From Cycas panzhihuaensis (Eukaryota > Plantae > Cycadophyta): a stretch of DNA of 64,000 bases. Location of the stretch: the NCBI GenBank assembly GCA_023213395.1, contig CM041465.1, positions 161,827,741 through 161,891,740 of the forward strand, given 5' to 3'. Of this stretch, positions 25,513 through 40,200 are shown one piece after another (the first letter of the stretch is position 1; every line of letters begins with the position of its first letter). The notes below the pieces were generated by a model. That model had not been told where the DNA came from. It saw only the letters and a program-made list of their open reading frames with translations, and searched no databases. Made by a program: the position numbers and the translations under genes.

Positions 25513-28500
25513 TATTAGAAAATAAAATCAAGCATAAAAAATAGCATAACCAAGATTAAGATAACAACATCATAGTAGCACCATAATATAGCTCAATATA
25601 TCAAAAGATCATGATCATATCTCAAAATTAATACCAAAAAATTCACACACTACATAATCTCATACTCTACATATATGATCTCTCCCAACCTATAATCTCT
25701 CATACTATATATATACTTATAGTTATATTATGTCTTATTTACAACTAATTATATTTGTCCTTTATCTAACCCAATCATATTTAGCCTTTATGTTTGATCA
25801 CTCATACATAACCTTCTAACTTAACCAATTATATTCAATGTGTATTACCTTCCAATACTCCCCTATAATGCACATTTGGATGTATACTAAGATTCTGTCT
25901 GAGCTAGAGATGCTTGTCCTTTGATAATACCATGGTAAGAATATTTGTAACTCAATCTTCTATTTTATAATATTGAAGTTGAACTTATTGATTCTAAATG
26001 AGTTCTCTGATGTAGTGATGTATGATGTCTATGTGTTTTGTTTTACTGTGTAAGACTAGATTCTTGGTCATTTGAATTTTACTTTGATTATTATAAAAGA
26101 TCATTGTCGGTTACTGTTAACGTTGATAAAGGTCTTCAAGAATTCTTCTAAGCCAAATCCCTTGTCTTCCTGCTAACTCAACTTCTTTATATTCTACTTC
26201 TACTATTGATAAGGAAACTGATGGTTATTTCCTTACATTCTAAAATATAAATGTTGATCCAACATTGAATTCATATTCTAAAATTGATTTTCTATCCTCG
26301 ATATCATCAACCTAATATGCATCTAAATATCTAATCAATTTAAATTCTTCTGATTGAGTGTACCAAAGTCCATAATTGAAAGTAGTTTTGATATATCTAA
26401 GGATCCTCTTTGTTACTTCCTAGTATTGTTCCTTTCATTCTAACATGTATCTCGAAGTTAAGTTCACTACATATGCTATGTCAAGTAAAGTATTGATTAA
26501 GTAAATCAGATTTCCTATCAATTGACGATATAGAGTAGGATCAATTGAAACAAAATCTTTAATTTTACTTAAATTTAACCCCAGTTTAATATGAGTAAAA
26601 CTTGACTTACATTTATTTATGTTAAATTTCTTTAATATATCTATAACATATTTACTCTAGGACATATGGATTCCTTCTTCACCTTGCCAAATCTACATAC
26701 TAAGGAAGTAATGTAGTTGTCCTAGATCTATCATCTTAAATTATAAATTCATATCATCCTTGATATTTTGGAATATTTCATCACTGTTACTTATGTAGAT
26801 AAGATCATCCATATAGAGAGAAACTATAATAATTGAAGTATCTATAATTTTGACATATAGATCTAGATCTGATGGATATTTTTAAAATCCTTTATCTTAA
26901 AAATACTTATCGATTCTAGAGTACCAAGCTCTTGGAGCTTATTTTAAACCATATAAGGTTTTCTTCAACTTGTACAGTAAGTGTTTCTTTTCTTGTTTCT
27001 CGAATCTTTTAGGTTGTACAATATAGATCTCTTCATTAATATATCTATTAAGAAATTCTAACTTGACATCCATTTGATAAATGTTCCACCTTTAATGAGC
27101 AATTAAAGTTAAGAGACTTTTGATTATACCCATCTTAACAACTAGAGTAAAGGGTTTTTTATAATCAATTCCTTCTTCTTGAGTGTAACCTTTGGCCACA
27201 AGTTTTGCCTTATATTTGTGAATAGTACTATCAAATTTATACTTGGTTTTGAAAACCCATTTTGTTTCTATCACATCTTTATCAAAAGGTAACTCAACCA
27301 CATCTCAAGTTTTATTTTTTATGAAGGAATTATATTTTATTTCCACAGCTTTATCCTAATCATCTTTGATAATAGCTTCTTCATATATTTGTGGCTCATC
27401 ATTTTGTTTCAACTTAGGCTATCAATGCATAGTTAAATATAGCTTAAGATTGAGTTAACCTTTTATTAAAATTTCTATCAAATATAGCTTCTAGATTATG
27501 ACTTCTGACTAGCTATTTTAGACTTGTTACTTGTTCTTAACTTGATGGAGGAGTAGATATCGTGGCATTTTCTTGATTTAATGATGATGAACCTAGAGTA
27601 AAATTTGAATTATGTCTTAAACTTTGAGTTGGAACTAATGTTGATGGTGATAAAATCTAACGTGGAAATGGTTTTGAATTTGCTTCAACAATAACCTATT
27701 TTCTTTTATCTTCTTCAATTTTATAGATTGCATTCTCATCAAAATTTATATCTCTATTTACTATGAATTTCCTTGCAATTGGTTCAAATAATCTATAGGC
27801 TTTTCTTTCATTTGAGTAGCCTATGAAAATACACTTGATACTTTTACTTTCCAATTTAAATCTTTTTTTAATTAGGAATATGAGCATAAGTAACACACCC
27901 AAATATTTTCAAATGTGAAACATATAGCTTATATCATGTCCAATATTCTTTAGGAGTTAAGTCCCCAATCACTTTTATAGGACTTCTATTTAATAAATAT
28001 ATAGTAGTACTTATTGCTTCAACTTAATATTCATTACTTATCTCTTTGGTCTTTAACATATATCTAGTTATTTCTATAACTATTTTGATTTTCCTTTCAT
28101 CTACTCCATTTTGTTCGGCTGTATATGGAGTGGTAAATTACCTTCTTATACTCACTTTATTATAAAAATCTCTAAAATCATTCAAGATAAACTTGCCACC
28201 ATTATTCGAATGACATGTTTTCAACCTCTAACTAATTTTCCTTTCAACCATTACTCTAAATTTAATAAATCTCAAAAATGTTCCAGACTTTTCTTTGAGG
28301 AAATATACCCAAATTTTCTTTGTAAAATTATCAACAAGAATCAAGAAAAATCAGGTATTTCTAATTATTAGAGTTCTCATTGGTCCATGTAAATCTACAA
28401 GAACTAGCTAGAGTGGATATCTAAATTGAAACTTTGAATCAAGAAAACTTTCTCTATGTTGTTTTTCGTAAATACAACCTTCGCAAACTCCATTATTACC

Positions 28501-31500
28501 TTAAATGGTTGGAAGTCTTATAACCATACTTTTCTTTTGTAAAGTACTAAGTGCACCATAATTGAGATGACCAAATCTATGATGCCAAAGTATATTATTA
28601 TTTGAGATGGAAGTATTCAATACTTGTAAAGGTGGAGAAAGTACAAGTTTGAATAATCTATCCTTTATCATTTGGCCTCTTGCAACAACAACACTATTAT
28701 TTAACTTATTACTTATTTCATATTCTCTATTATCAAAGACTATTCTATATTTTCATTCCATCATTTAGCCAATAGATAACAAGTTTCTTCTTAATCCAGA
28801 TATAAATGAGACATTTTGAATATTCTTATTTCCTCCACTTTTAGTCTAAATTATGACAATTCCTTTGCACTTCTTATGTATTATCATTTCTAAATACCAC
28901 TTTTCTTTCATTATTTTCTTCATGGATCTTGGAAAATGCATCTACATTATAGGATATATGAGTTGAATAGCCAAAATCAATATACCATTCATCTTTTTTG
29001 TTGGAAGTTTGAACATTCAAACTTGTATAGAAAATGTTCTCTTCTCTTTCAGTTGTAGTATTAACCACATTATCTTAATGACACTCATATGAATAGTATC
29101 CTTCCATTCCACATTTATAACAAGAAATAGAAAAACCTCTTCCTCTTCTAATTCCTCTTGGTGGTGTTCTACCTCTTCCTCTTGATGTTGTGGGATTCCT
29201 TCCTCTTGAATAGTTTCTTCCTCTCAATATTTCTCTTTATCCATGTTGTCCTTATTCATATCCATATCTAAAATTTCCTTATCCAAAGTTTGATATAGAT
29301 TCACCTGGTTGTCCTTGTCTTTAACCATATCCATATTCAAAATTACCTTGTCCATGGTTTAGTGAAGATCCTCCTAACTTGTCTTTGTCTATATTCAAAG
29401 CTACATTGTATATAGCTTGATGAAGATGCTCCTTCTTATCCTTGTCTTTGTCCTTATCTAGAGTTTCCTTGACCATAACCATATACCAATGGTGGATTAG
29501 TTCCTTAATTTGGCAATCTCTTAAACTTTCCTCCTATGGAAACCTTAGAAGTAAAGGCTTGTTCTAAATTATCAATGGAACTCTTCTTTTCCTCTTCTGT
29601 GAGAAATATTGATAATCACTCATCAATTGTCAATGTTGATAAGTCTCTTATCACTTCTATGGTTATAGTGACTATTTTAAATTTCCTTATTTCTCTTATA
29701 CATCTTAAAATTTTCTCCATAACTCTTTATTTAGGTATTTGTTCACCTAATGCTCCCAATTGATTTACGAGATCCTAAACTCTTATAGCAAAGGAATTAA
29801 CAGATTCTGTAGCATAAATCTTGAGATTCTCAAAATTTAAATCCTAGTATTTATACTTCCTTCAAATGATATATTTAAGGTTGTCCAAATAGTATGAGAA
29901 GTAGAGAGATTACAAATTTGAGGAAATATCTCATCTAGTAAATTATTAAATATGAAGGCAATTACTTTACCATCTTTCCTTTATAATTCTTCTTTTAACT
30001 TTTCTTAATCCAAAGTGAAATCAATAGTAAGGGGAATAGGACCAAGAGTAGTATAGCCTTATGAAATAATCTTCCATAATTGTTTAGATTGTAAAGTAGG
30101 ATTTATTCTTCTTGACCATATGAAATAGTTGTATCCATTAAGCTTAGGAATTAACAGTAGATTATCCATGGTAAATGAAATTTAAGCAACTCAAGAATTT
30201 CAAAATCAACCATAGATATAAATCAACCACAAAAAAAATACTGAGAGAGAGTGCAAACAAACATATAAATATCCCTTAAAAATGGGATATGCATCATCAA
30301 TACTTATCCCTTCAATTAGGACTATCGTTTGCCTCCTTTAAATTTTATTAGTGAGATTAATAAGGCTACCACTAAGGTTTGAAACAAACTTTCCTTAGGG
30401 CCAAATATTAAGTTATGATGTCTATGAAATGTTATTTAAGATATTGCATCAAATAATCATCAATAAGTATGAAAAATTACTTTGTTAGTTACCACGTAGG
30501 GCTCTAAATAAAGTATCAACTTTAACTAAAAATATCTTAATGAAAAAAGCTCCAAAATACTTTAAATTATATATAAAAATGATCATCTATGAAATACCTT
30601 TCCAACAGTTTAGATGGTTTATAAATTGGATTCCTAATTACGAAGTTATAATTTAAAAAAAAAAAAAAAGTATAAGTACCTTAAAATAATTTGGAAGGTT
30701 TTTAGCCCTTTTCACTTCAGTGCTTGGTCACTTAGTAGCTCCATGTGACTATCTGCTTAACTTAAGGGGCTCTGCGGACTCTAAAAAATATTCCAATTTA
30801 ATTAAATTTTTAAAAACTTTTATTTAATCTAATTTACAAATATTTATAGAGTAAGATTTACCCACTAATTGCATTCACAGAGGATGTTGAAGATTTTCCA
30901 AGGTTTATACATACACACACATATATATTAACCTAAATAAATCTTCGTTGCCCTCTACATATGTGATTAGCAAGTAAATATTGCTCTATAAATCTCTATA
31001 AATTAAATTAAATAAAAAAAACCAAATTGATGCAGCTTGGCTCCATCAATAGTTTGGTTTGCAGTAGTTGTCTTTACTAACTACAATGCAATACAATGCA
31101 TTAATACCATAAACATGGACAGGGAACTATGCTTACCACACTATAAAAATTTTGACTTATCTTCATTAGGGGATCGAGCACCACAAGTGGATTTTTATGT
31201 ATTTATCTACTTCTATGGATGGCAATGAGGATTATTGAATCTCAGTCTTGACTATGTTTGAAGAGGTAGAACAAAGCATGATCTTTGTATCCAATAGAAT
31301 AATATATCTTTAACATATGAAGGGTTTTAACCAAATATAACCATGCAGGCACTCAACTGGTAGAGACAGTCAGAGAGCAGCTTACAACTCATATGTAGAG
31401 GAATTCTTCATGCGAACAGGTACAAAGATAACCACGTAGATAGGGAAGGTCACAGGTTATAGGTAACCGTTGATCAATAAGCCTAGTTGTATTCCTAATG

Positions 31501-32920
31501 CTCCATTACAATGACCTCAAGCGTCCTAACCTCCCATACCTCCTACCCAGGCCATAGGATCTATTCTTGGCCACCTGATAGAGGATGGTTAGGATTCATA
31601 TAATCTTAGTAAAGAAATGAGATTATGACAATAATCTACCCATAAGGTTCAGATTTCATCCAAAGGAATTGATGGCCCCTTGCCTAACACACAAGGTTCT
31701 CAGAATATTAAATATTATTTCAATACAAGGGAAAATGGATTTTTATGGCAGCTACTTAGAAGTGGATCTAGTTTAATCTAAGTGTCCAAATCCTCAAAAT
31801 TGATTCCTATGGGTGGCCCTTTTGATTTAGAAAACATCCATCTTTCCTCTAAAGGGTACTTCACAGTCCTATGTTTATTCAAAAGTGCCAAAGAAAATAG
31901 TTTGGAATAAATAGTATGAAACCAATAGGAATGGAAGACAACTTGTAGTGTCTAGGGGAGTTGCAGTAACAAGAACTATTGATTTATAGTTGAAGGTAGG
32001 TAAATACTTAGGTTGGCGGTTACTCGGGGGCTCAGTGAAGGCAAATGGGATGGACACAAATAGAATCAAGGATGTGCTATAATAATAGATCTGCACTTTT
32101 GACTCTATAATTATAAGAAAAGTCCTAATTGAAAAGGCTAGCAAATCACACAATAGATAAAGGGAGTAAATCAGAGTCAAATGTGATCAAAATGAAAATA
32201 AATGGTTCAAGATTGTAGTGAAATGGACTTAAATGGATTTGTCATTTTCATAAATGAAATCAAGGATTCACTTACAAAAGCAAGCCTTTATGATAAATTT
32301 CTCATAAATTTCTTCTTTTAAATAGGCTATAGATTCTTCAATAATATACTCAAAGTAATATTGGATAATAAATAAGTAAATTGATTGATAAAACTGACAA
32401 CTTTATAACTTACAGAATAGGCCTAATATAACAATAATATCCAACAATCTTTGATTCAACAAAACTTCATCATGACTCTTTGTTTTAGCTTATGTCTTCA
32501 CCAAATGCTTTGATTTAACTTCTCTTTCTCACCACAAGTTCTAATCCCATATTAGAAAATGAAATCGAGAGTACAAAATATCATAACTAGGATCAAGATA
32601 ACAACATCAGAGTAGCACCATAATGGAGCTCAACATATCAAGAGATCATTATCATATCTCAAAATTGATACCAAAAAACTCACACACTACATAATCTTAT
32701 ACTCTACATGTATGATCTCTCTTAACCTATAATCTCTCATACTACATGTATATTTATAGTTATCTCATGCCTTATTTACAACCAATCATATTTATCCTTT
32801 ATCTAACCTAATCATATTTGGCCTTTATGTTGTCTAATCATATTTAACCTTTATGTTTGACCACTCATACATAACATTATAACTTAACCAATTACATTCG
32901 ATGTGCATTACCTTCTGATA
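25513..32920 (-). mobile_element. Copia element F, full length, inserted in the integrase of E
   Basis: LTRs 25513-25857 and 32550-32920. TSD AGATA at 25508-25512 and 32921-32925. PPT ctccccct at 25858-25865. Degenerate PBS at 32538-32549. gag ATG at 30169. Confidence 0.94.
25870..30169 (-). pseudogene. gag-pol of Copia F
   Basis: ORF fragments 27092..27301 (RT), 27696..27902 (integrase C-terminus) and 28874..29068 (protease, WYIDFGYSTHI). gag begins MDNLLLIPKLNGYNYFIWS. Confidence 0.92.
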
Positions 32921-34089
32921 AGATATATAAACCTAAAAATAAATAAGGTCTATATCAGAAAGGATATTGTCTTTGATGGACAAACCAATTAAGGAGACAA
33001 GATAATTTATAAACAAGTGGAATAAATTCCTAGGTCAATTATTCTAATTAAAGAAAAGTCTAACATCACTTCATCAAACTCAAATGAGTCAAACAAAGAA
33101 TATTCTGAAGGAAATGCACAAGATAATAATGATGAAGTAAGCTCAAGTGAAGTATAAAATATTCTTAAATAAGGTTCTTCACAAATGACTATTGGAGATT
33201 ATTCAAAGAAAGTACCTAAATAGTATATCAAAATAATTGAAGAAACAAAAGGAGATATGTTTGAACAAAGAATAAGGTATCAAAAACATCAAAGTTTAAC
33301 TTGTTCAGTTTAACCTCAAAGTATACAAAAGCTAGTGGTCATTTTGAATGGAGGAAAGTAATGAATACTAAAATTAATGCTATTATAAAAAAATAAAACC
33401 TAGGAATTAGTTAGTTCTCTAAAGGATAAACCCATTATTGACTACAACTAGATACATAAAATTAAGGAGAAATCCAATAAAACAATTAAAAAATATAAGG
33501 CCAGACTAACAGCAAAGGGATATACTAAAATTATCAGGATAAACTATGATAAAACTTTCTCATCAATAGTAATATTAATAACTATTATAGCTTTAGTAAC
33601 CTAGCTAGGATGGAACATTGTTCAACTCAATGTTAAAAGTGCCCTCCTAAATGGAAATATTAAGGAAGAACTGTATATGTAACAACCAGTTGGTTATATA
33701 ATGAAAGGAGAGAAGCATCTTGTCTACAAGTTTAAAAAGGGCCTTTACAGTCTAAAGCAAGTACCAAGAGCCTGATATGACAAATTAGACAGACATCTAG
33801 TCCATATATGATTTTGACACTAGTCCATATATCAAAACTAATAAAGGGTTAATCACTATCATTATCATTTATGTAAATGGTATGATCATTATAGAGAATG
33901 ATTATGAGTCTATCACATAAAAAATTCTAGTTAGAAAAAGAATTTAAAATGATTGATTTATATCTTCTACACTATTATCTTAGGATTGAAGTTAAATAAC
34001 AGAAGAATTCAAGTTTTGTATTACAAGAAAAATATGTTATAAAACTATTATATTTTATCAATGAATAGTTTTTAGGATTGAACATCACT

Positions 34090-35640
34090 TTCACCAAATT
34101 ATCCATTAGATAGGCTTTATTTCATTAAAATTTATAGGTAATTATATTATATCTAGGAGAAAATATATTATAGGCATGTAAAGATGTATTATTAGAAGGG
34201 TGGTATTATAATTAGTCCATGAAAATGTAATAGTCGAATTGACATAAACCTTTTAACTATTAAATGGCAATTGTTCATGATGTTAAACATAGAGAAAATG
34301 TATTATGATTTAGGTGATCACATGCTTGCTCATTTAACATCTTTAGGGATGATAAAAGGATATTATCAACCTAATGGAGATGATTAATTTAGAAACCATG
34401 AGATTGAAGAGATTACAACATTCCTATAAAATAAGTATGCCAAGGTACTTCTAATGAGTTAAGTTCAAGCAAAAGAGTAACATAAAAGAAAAAAACTCAA
34501 ACTCAAGTAGAAATGATGAATAGCCTAAGAAAATGACAAAATAAATAGCCACAAAGATATAGGAATAATAAGCCACTAACTCAGGAGAAAACAAAGGTTT
34601 AAAAGGTAGGTCATAATAATATCCCTAATCTAGTCTCTAATGATGATTTATTAGAAAACATTTATGAAGAGGAGTCATTAATCCAAAAGAATATGTCAAA
34701 GAGGAAATGTGCAAATAATGCAATACTAAAAATTATTGAGCCATAAATTACAAACTTACAAGGTAGGAATGGCAATAATACCTCTTCTCTATAAGATGAT
34801 ATATTTATCACTCATAAGAAGCCGAATGGAATTTTGTTTGATTTAAGTAAAGAAATACATGATTTGAATCTTTCTAATTTTGAAAGAATTCAAGAGTAAG
34901 ATGAAGAGATCTTAGATGTAGATAACATTATTGAATATGGAAATAATAGCTCTATACAGCAAATGCTAGAGGCAAACAAAGTTAGAACAATAATAAAGAA
35001 TCCATAAATGATTGGAAATTAAGATCCATTTGAAATTGAGTAGAGTATCCATTCCACTATAGAGATAATTTTAAATGAAATAGTCAAAAATAAGACTCAA
35101 GAGAATGATAAAGATTTCTCTTCTAGTCTAAGTTGTATAGGAATGGCATAAATAACTTGGGAGGCACTATGTGTTAAAGGGACAAAGCACTTATAAATAT
35201 TGGAATAAATTATTTTGTTGGAATATAATTGTGACTTACTATCTAATCTTGGATTAATGAATAGTAGTAGAGGAGAACTCTATGGAGGTCTCTTTCTTTA
35301 CATATAAAGATAATGAGTCAAACTAATAGAAGAAATAAATTAAGAAGTAGAAATCTGTTAAAATGTAATAGTTATCATTCAAGAGAAATACAACATTAGA
35401 AATAATAGATTTGCATTTGACAACAAGAGAAGTAGTTAAAGATAAAGTAAAGGTCTTATCGTTCAATTAGATAAAAGTTAGTAAGAAGCTCAGGAGGTTA
35501 GGAAAGAATGAGATGAGTTAAAAATTAAAGTTAATGCTTTAACTAAACTATGGAAATCTTTTGAAATATAACCACTATAATAAGATGCCTCAAATCAAGT
35601 TAGATGTTGTACTAAGTAGTTGAAGTGAGCTTCTAAAGGG
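34090..35640 (+). pseudogene. Degenerate ORF of unknown function, probably a retroelement accessory ORF with a charged/coiled-coil-like C-terminal part
   Basis: One frame reads SPNYPLDRLYFIKIYR*L...YYDLGDHMLAHL...GDD*FRNHEIEE with stops explainable by C>T changes. E/K-rich sequence follows. No gag or pol motif. Confidence 0.4.
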
Positions 35641-36207
35641 ATAGAGTTAAACTTAGTTTTAGTAAATAAATATAATGAAGATGTGATTATTTTTTATATA
35701 TATAAATTATAGGAATCATTAAAATATGTAATTAAGACATTGGATATATCTTAAGGAATTGCAACAAAAAGTTATAGTTGCAGCTTCTTGTCCCACCCCC
35801 ATACATCAAATTCTTTATGTTGAGTAGGAGCAATTACTAAATGTAATGTTAATAAACTTAAGGCTTTCCAAAGAAAGCTAATTCATTTTAAAATAAATAC
35901 TTGACTCCTATTTTGTCCTAATTCATTATTATTTACCAAGGGATTGGATGGCCACCACCTTTTTTAGAGGAAGACAATGTGGGATAATGTGTTTCTTTGA
36001 GGGAAGTAAATGAAAACCTTACCAAGAAGTCATAATATAATGTAGCCCATAATTCTAGAGATTCTTGAGGTCAAGCTTTACAACCATGTATGAAGTGATC
36101 CCAACCACTTTGAGGAGAGATTTCATAAATAACTTTCTAAAAAATTAATAATGATATTTAATTACAATCATAACAGGGTGCCCAATTGGGTGCATACCTA
36201 GATCTAA

Positions 36208-36212
<5 letters not shown>

Positions 36213-36243
<31 letters not shown>
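36213..36243. repeat. (AT)n microsatellite, probably within the 3' LTR of G
   Basis: Read directly from the sequence. Confidence 0.9.
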
Positions 36244-36246
<3 letters not shown>

Positions 36247-37299
36247 GCATCAAAAGGGTTATAGTGTCTAATAAATAAAGTATTAATTCTATCTCTCTTT
36301 TCTTTTTAGGTCAACTTTACCAACTTAGGTTTTAATAGTTGTGATATCTTAATGTACCCTCATTTATTAAAGGGAAAGCTTTACTTTTAAAGCTCAGGAT
36401 GATTGGTAATGATGTCTTATGATCTCCATGTTACATCATCAAGTGGTAAGCCTATCCATTTAATTTGATGTTTTATTAACGTTTTGGTTTGGAGTTGCCT
36501 CTTTTGAGTCTTAATGATGCTTTCAGTCTCTAGAATGATTTTCCCTTCCTCAATCATGAGTGGGAGCTTTGTTAATGGATTGATATTTAGGCTAATTTTT
36601 TCTTTAAATTGGAAATGTAGAAGATGTTATGGATCTTATTATGGGAAAGGAGGTCAAAGGTATAAGCTACTTTCCCAATTCATCTCTATATCTAACAAGG
36701 CCTATAGAATCATGATGAGAGCTTAAATCTCCCTTTTTATTATAGTAATGCTTACTTATATAGTTGCAAGCACATATATATCTAATCTTTAACTTCAAAC
36801 TTCATTTCAGTTTAATTTAAATCCATTTATTACTTCATCTAGTTTCTTTCCTTGTTGAAGTTATTTTAGTACTTTGTGTATTTATTTAGTTGTTTTAATT
36901 AACTCTTGGGATGTAAGAACTCAAGTTGTTATATATATATAATTGACTGCTATTGGAGACCAATATCTATAAAGTGTCATAAAATATAACATTTGAATTG
37001 TTGAATAATGATTTATATTATACCAATATTCTACTAAGTGAATTCATGTTGTCCACTTGTTTTTATCATCACCTATGAAGTAGTGTAAATATGTGTTCAA
37101 ACATTTACTAGCCACTTCTATTTAGCCATCTATTTGGGGGTGGTAAGTTGTGCTCATAATAAGTTTCATCCCTACTTTTTTGTTGAAAAATGGATGCTTC
37201 ATTAAATAGAAAATATTATAGTAAAATGGTAGGGAGAGAATGTTATCCCTACCATCCCATGGATGAATATAGAGTAAAAAAATAACCTATTATAAGGGG

Positions 37300-40200
37300 A
37301 TAATAGAGGTATATAAGACCAAATAACAACATATTAAGTTTCTCCCAACTACCTCTAACAGGGGGAGTAACATTTCCTTAACCATCATCTCCCTTATCAG
37401 GAGGGTCCTTGTATCACTTCCACTCTTTACAAGTGGTAGGCTCAATGGTTATTAGCATGACTAGCTAGGTGGTTCTCTCCATGATTCTTAGGCTAGTTAG
37501 CCAAGAGGCTTAAATGTTGGGTTGTTATATGAAATGATGGTTATATCTCAATTAGCTTCTACCCTTAGACCAAATTCATTGGGGATTAATGGGCCTTAAA
37601 TTTCCATCCTTATCAAGGACTTGGGATATAGTGCAAGGGGTCAAGCCTTAATGTTCAAGTAGGTGGCTTAACTCTATTTATATCTTCTATGCCTAGACAC
37701 TTATTTACAAAAGCATAATATTAAAGGAATATTAGGAAGAGCCTTATTAAAAATATGCAAGTAGGTGATTTCTATTAAAATATATATATTGTCATGAAAT
37801 GTTCATATTACACTGAGGACTTTTAGTCTTAAAAGCTCCTAAGCTAGTTATAAGGAAGTTTGGAGGTGTTTAACACTACTAAGAATGACCATGCTCTAGT
37901 TAATAGGCCCTTAGGTGGATAAGGATAGGAGCTTGATGACTAAATTCCATGCAAATCAAGTAAAGGGATACTACCAAAATAAGTGGATTGATGTTTCTTT
38001 TTTATGATAAAAGGTGCATTCCATGTTAAAATGGCATATTCTAGAGATTCATTCTTTGGCCGTTAACCCTCTATGGATAATAGACCAACCAAATTTACCT
38101 TTTGGGTTATATGGAGGTGTTATAAATCCTCTTAAAATGTTTCTTCTATATTAGCTCACTATAATTAAATTTTTATATGGCATTTAATCTAGTGGCCAGC
38201 CCATCACTTTATATGAGATAGTAATACATGTGAGATACTATAAATCTTTTAAATAATTTTGAGTGGTTCTAAACCCAATCATACCACCATTTATTATTGC
38301 ATATTATGGATAGATTTAAGATTAATTCTATTAGGTATCAATTTTAGATTTCCTCTACGGTGTGCCTATCAGAGCTTTTAATGTTTAATTATATTTTAAT
38401 AACTAGTTATTCCTTCTACCATGCTTAGGTCATGTCAAATAATTGCCTCGCTTTGCTTAGTCCTTTTCTATATAGTTTATTTACTTCAAACCATTGGATT
38501 TATTCTAGGCATTTATTATCTTATTTTAATAATATTAACCACTAAATTGAGTGATCTAGAAAGAATAATCCCATCCATAGACCATTATTGCTCCAACTTA
38601 GTAAGTTTTTATAGAGTTCCCATCCTATCTAGATATACTTAAATAGGGGAAATCCTACCACCTTGACTTGTATAGGTGTGATTAGCTTGTCCTATGTAAA
38701 CAACATTAACCTATGCTTTCCATATGGTCTTGCTTATACCATATTATATTTGACCAAAATTTTCTAGGGCTTATCACCACTACTTCTCTAATAAGCCACT
38801 TAGTATAAAATGTTTAACATTAAATTTTGATATTAATGATACTTAGCCATTCCTATTATTTAGGCTTGTAGTAGGTCTATCAATCTACCCTATAAAGCCC
38901 TCTTTTTCTTTAAAGGTTTAACCATAGATAAGTTCTAAGTATTATTATAAGCCTATCATAGGCTATATTAGTAGGAACCTAGCATGGGGAGTAGTATATA
39001 TGGGTTACTATAAGGACTTTGGAACATATTTAGAACTTCTCTATAAGAGATAGAAATTTAGATGACCATGAGGTGTGCCTTTTTCCTACAAGTCTCAATA
39101 CCTACTCCCACATTTCTACTAAGGAAGCCTTGAATCCAAAAGGAATGATAAGTAATTTGAGCACTTATCTTGGCTTGATCCATTGCCACTCATATGATAC
39201 AATTTAGTCTAAAACTTTAGCCGTTGGTTGTAGGTAGAAGGTAATCCTTCTCATGTTAATTTTGGATCCTAAGGCTACATAAAAAACATCTATTACTATT
39301 AGAACCTAGTTAATTTGATAGGCTTAGCCTTAGTGGTGAGGAATAAGTCATTAATTAAGTGGTCATTAATTAATTATCTCTCTTCCCAATGTTTACCTTC
39401 TCTTAAAGTAAATAGCCTAATGAATTTGTAGTTAGTACAAAGAGCAATGGGGTAACTGGTAGCCTTGGTAAATAGATCTTTAGAGTTAAACATGCTAAGA
39501 AAATTCTCCATTAATAGGAATTTTGGATGATGCATCTCTAAAGAGCATGTTGATCATCTTTAAGAATTTATCACTAAAACTTAGTGCCTTTAAAACATCC
39601 AAAACATATCCCTACTCCACTTTATCATACTCCTTTTCAAAGTTAAAATCATAATTTCTTGCCTTGTCATCCTAGCCCATTCTATTCCTTCTACCACACC
39701 TATTATATTGTCCAATATAAATTTACCCTTTATAAAACTCATTTGTTCAAGTCTATCAATATCTATTAGTAAGCTTTTAATCTGCAAGGTAAGTGTATTT
39801 ACTAGAATTTTATATAATACATTTAACAATGTGGTAAGCCTCTGATAAGAAATTAATTTTGGCGCTCTACCTTTGGGGATGAGCTTAATAGAACCTTGGT
39901 TGATAATTTCCCTAAGTGTCCTTATATGTATTACTTCCTTATACACTTTGAGTAATATATGCCTAGTGAAATCTCATTTAGGCTTATAAAATTCACAAGG
40001 GAAACCATCTAAGCTTGGGTACTTGTTACTGAAAATTACTCGTACTACCTTTGCTAATTCTTTTAGTCTAAGTGGGGCATCATATATCACTCTCCAAGTT
40101 TTATGGGCATTTCTCAATATGGCTAGTAGACACTCTCTACTAACATCCCCTATATTTAAAAATTAGGGCTACATTTTAAAAACCTAAGAAAAGTGATTAA

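Larger units (their letters stand above)
22356..34060 (+). mobile_element. Copia element E, interrupted by F and truncated within RT
   Basis: Putative 5' LTR 22356-22603 (ends ttaaca). PBS tggtattagag at 22604. gag ATG at 23280 (MASLVFSLSDTDKL). Integrase ORF 24866..25162. The element resumes at 32921 with the integrase tail and RT to ~34050. Confidence 0.85.
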
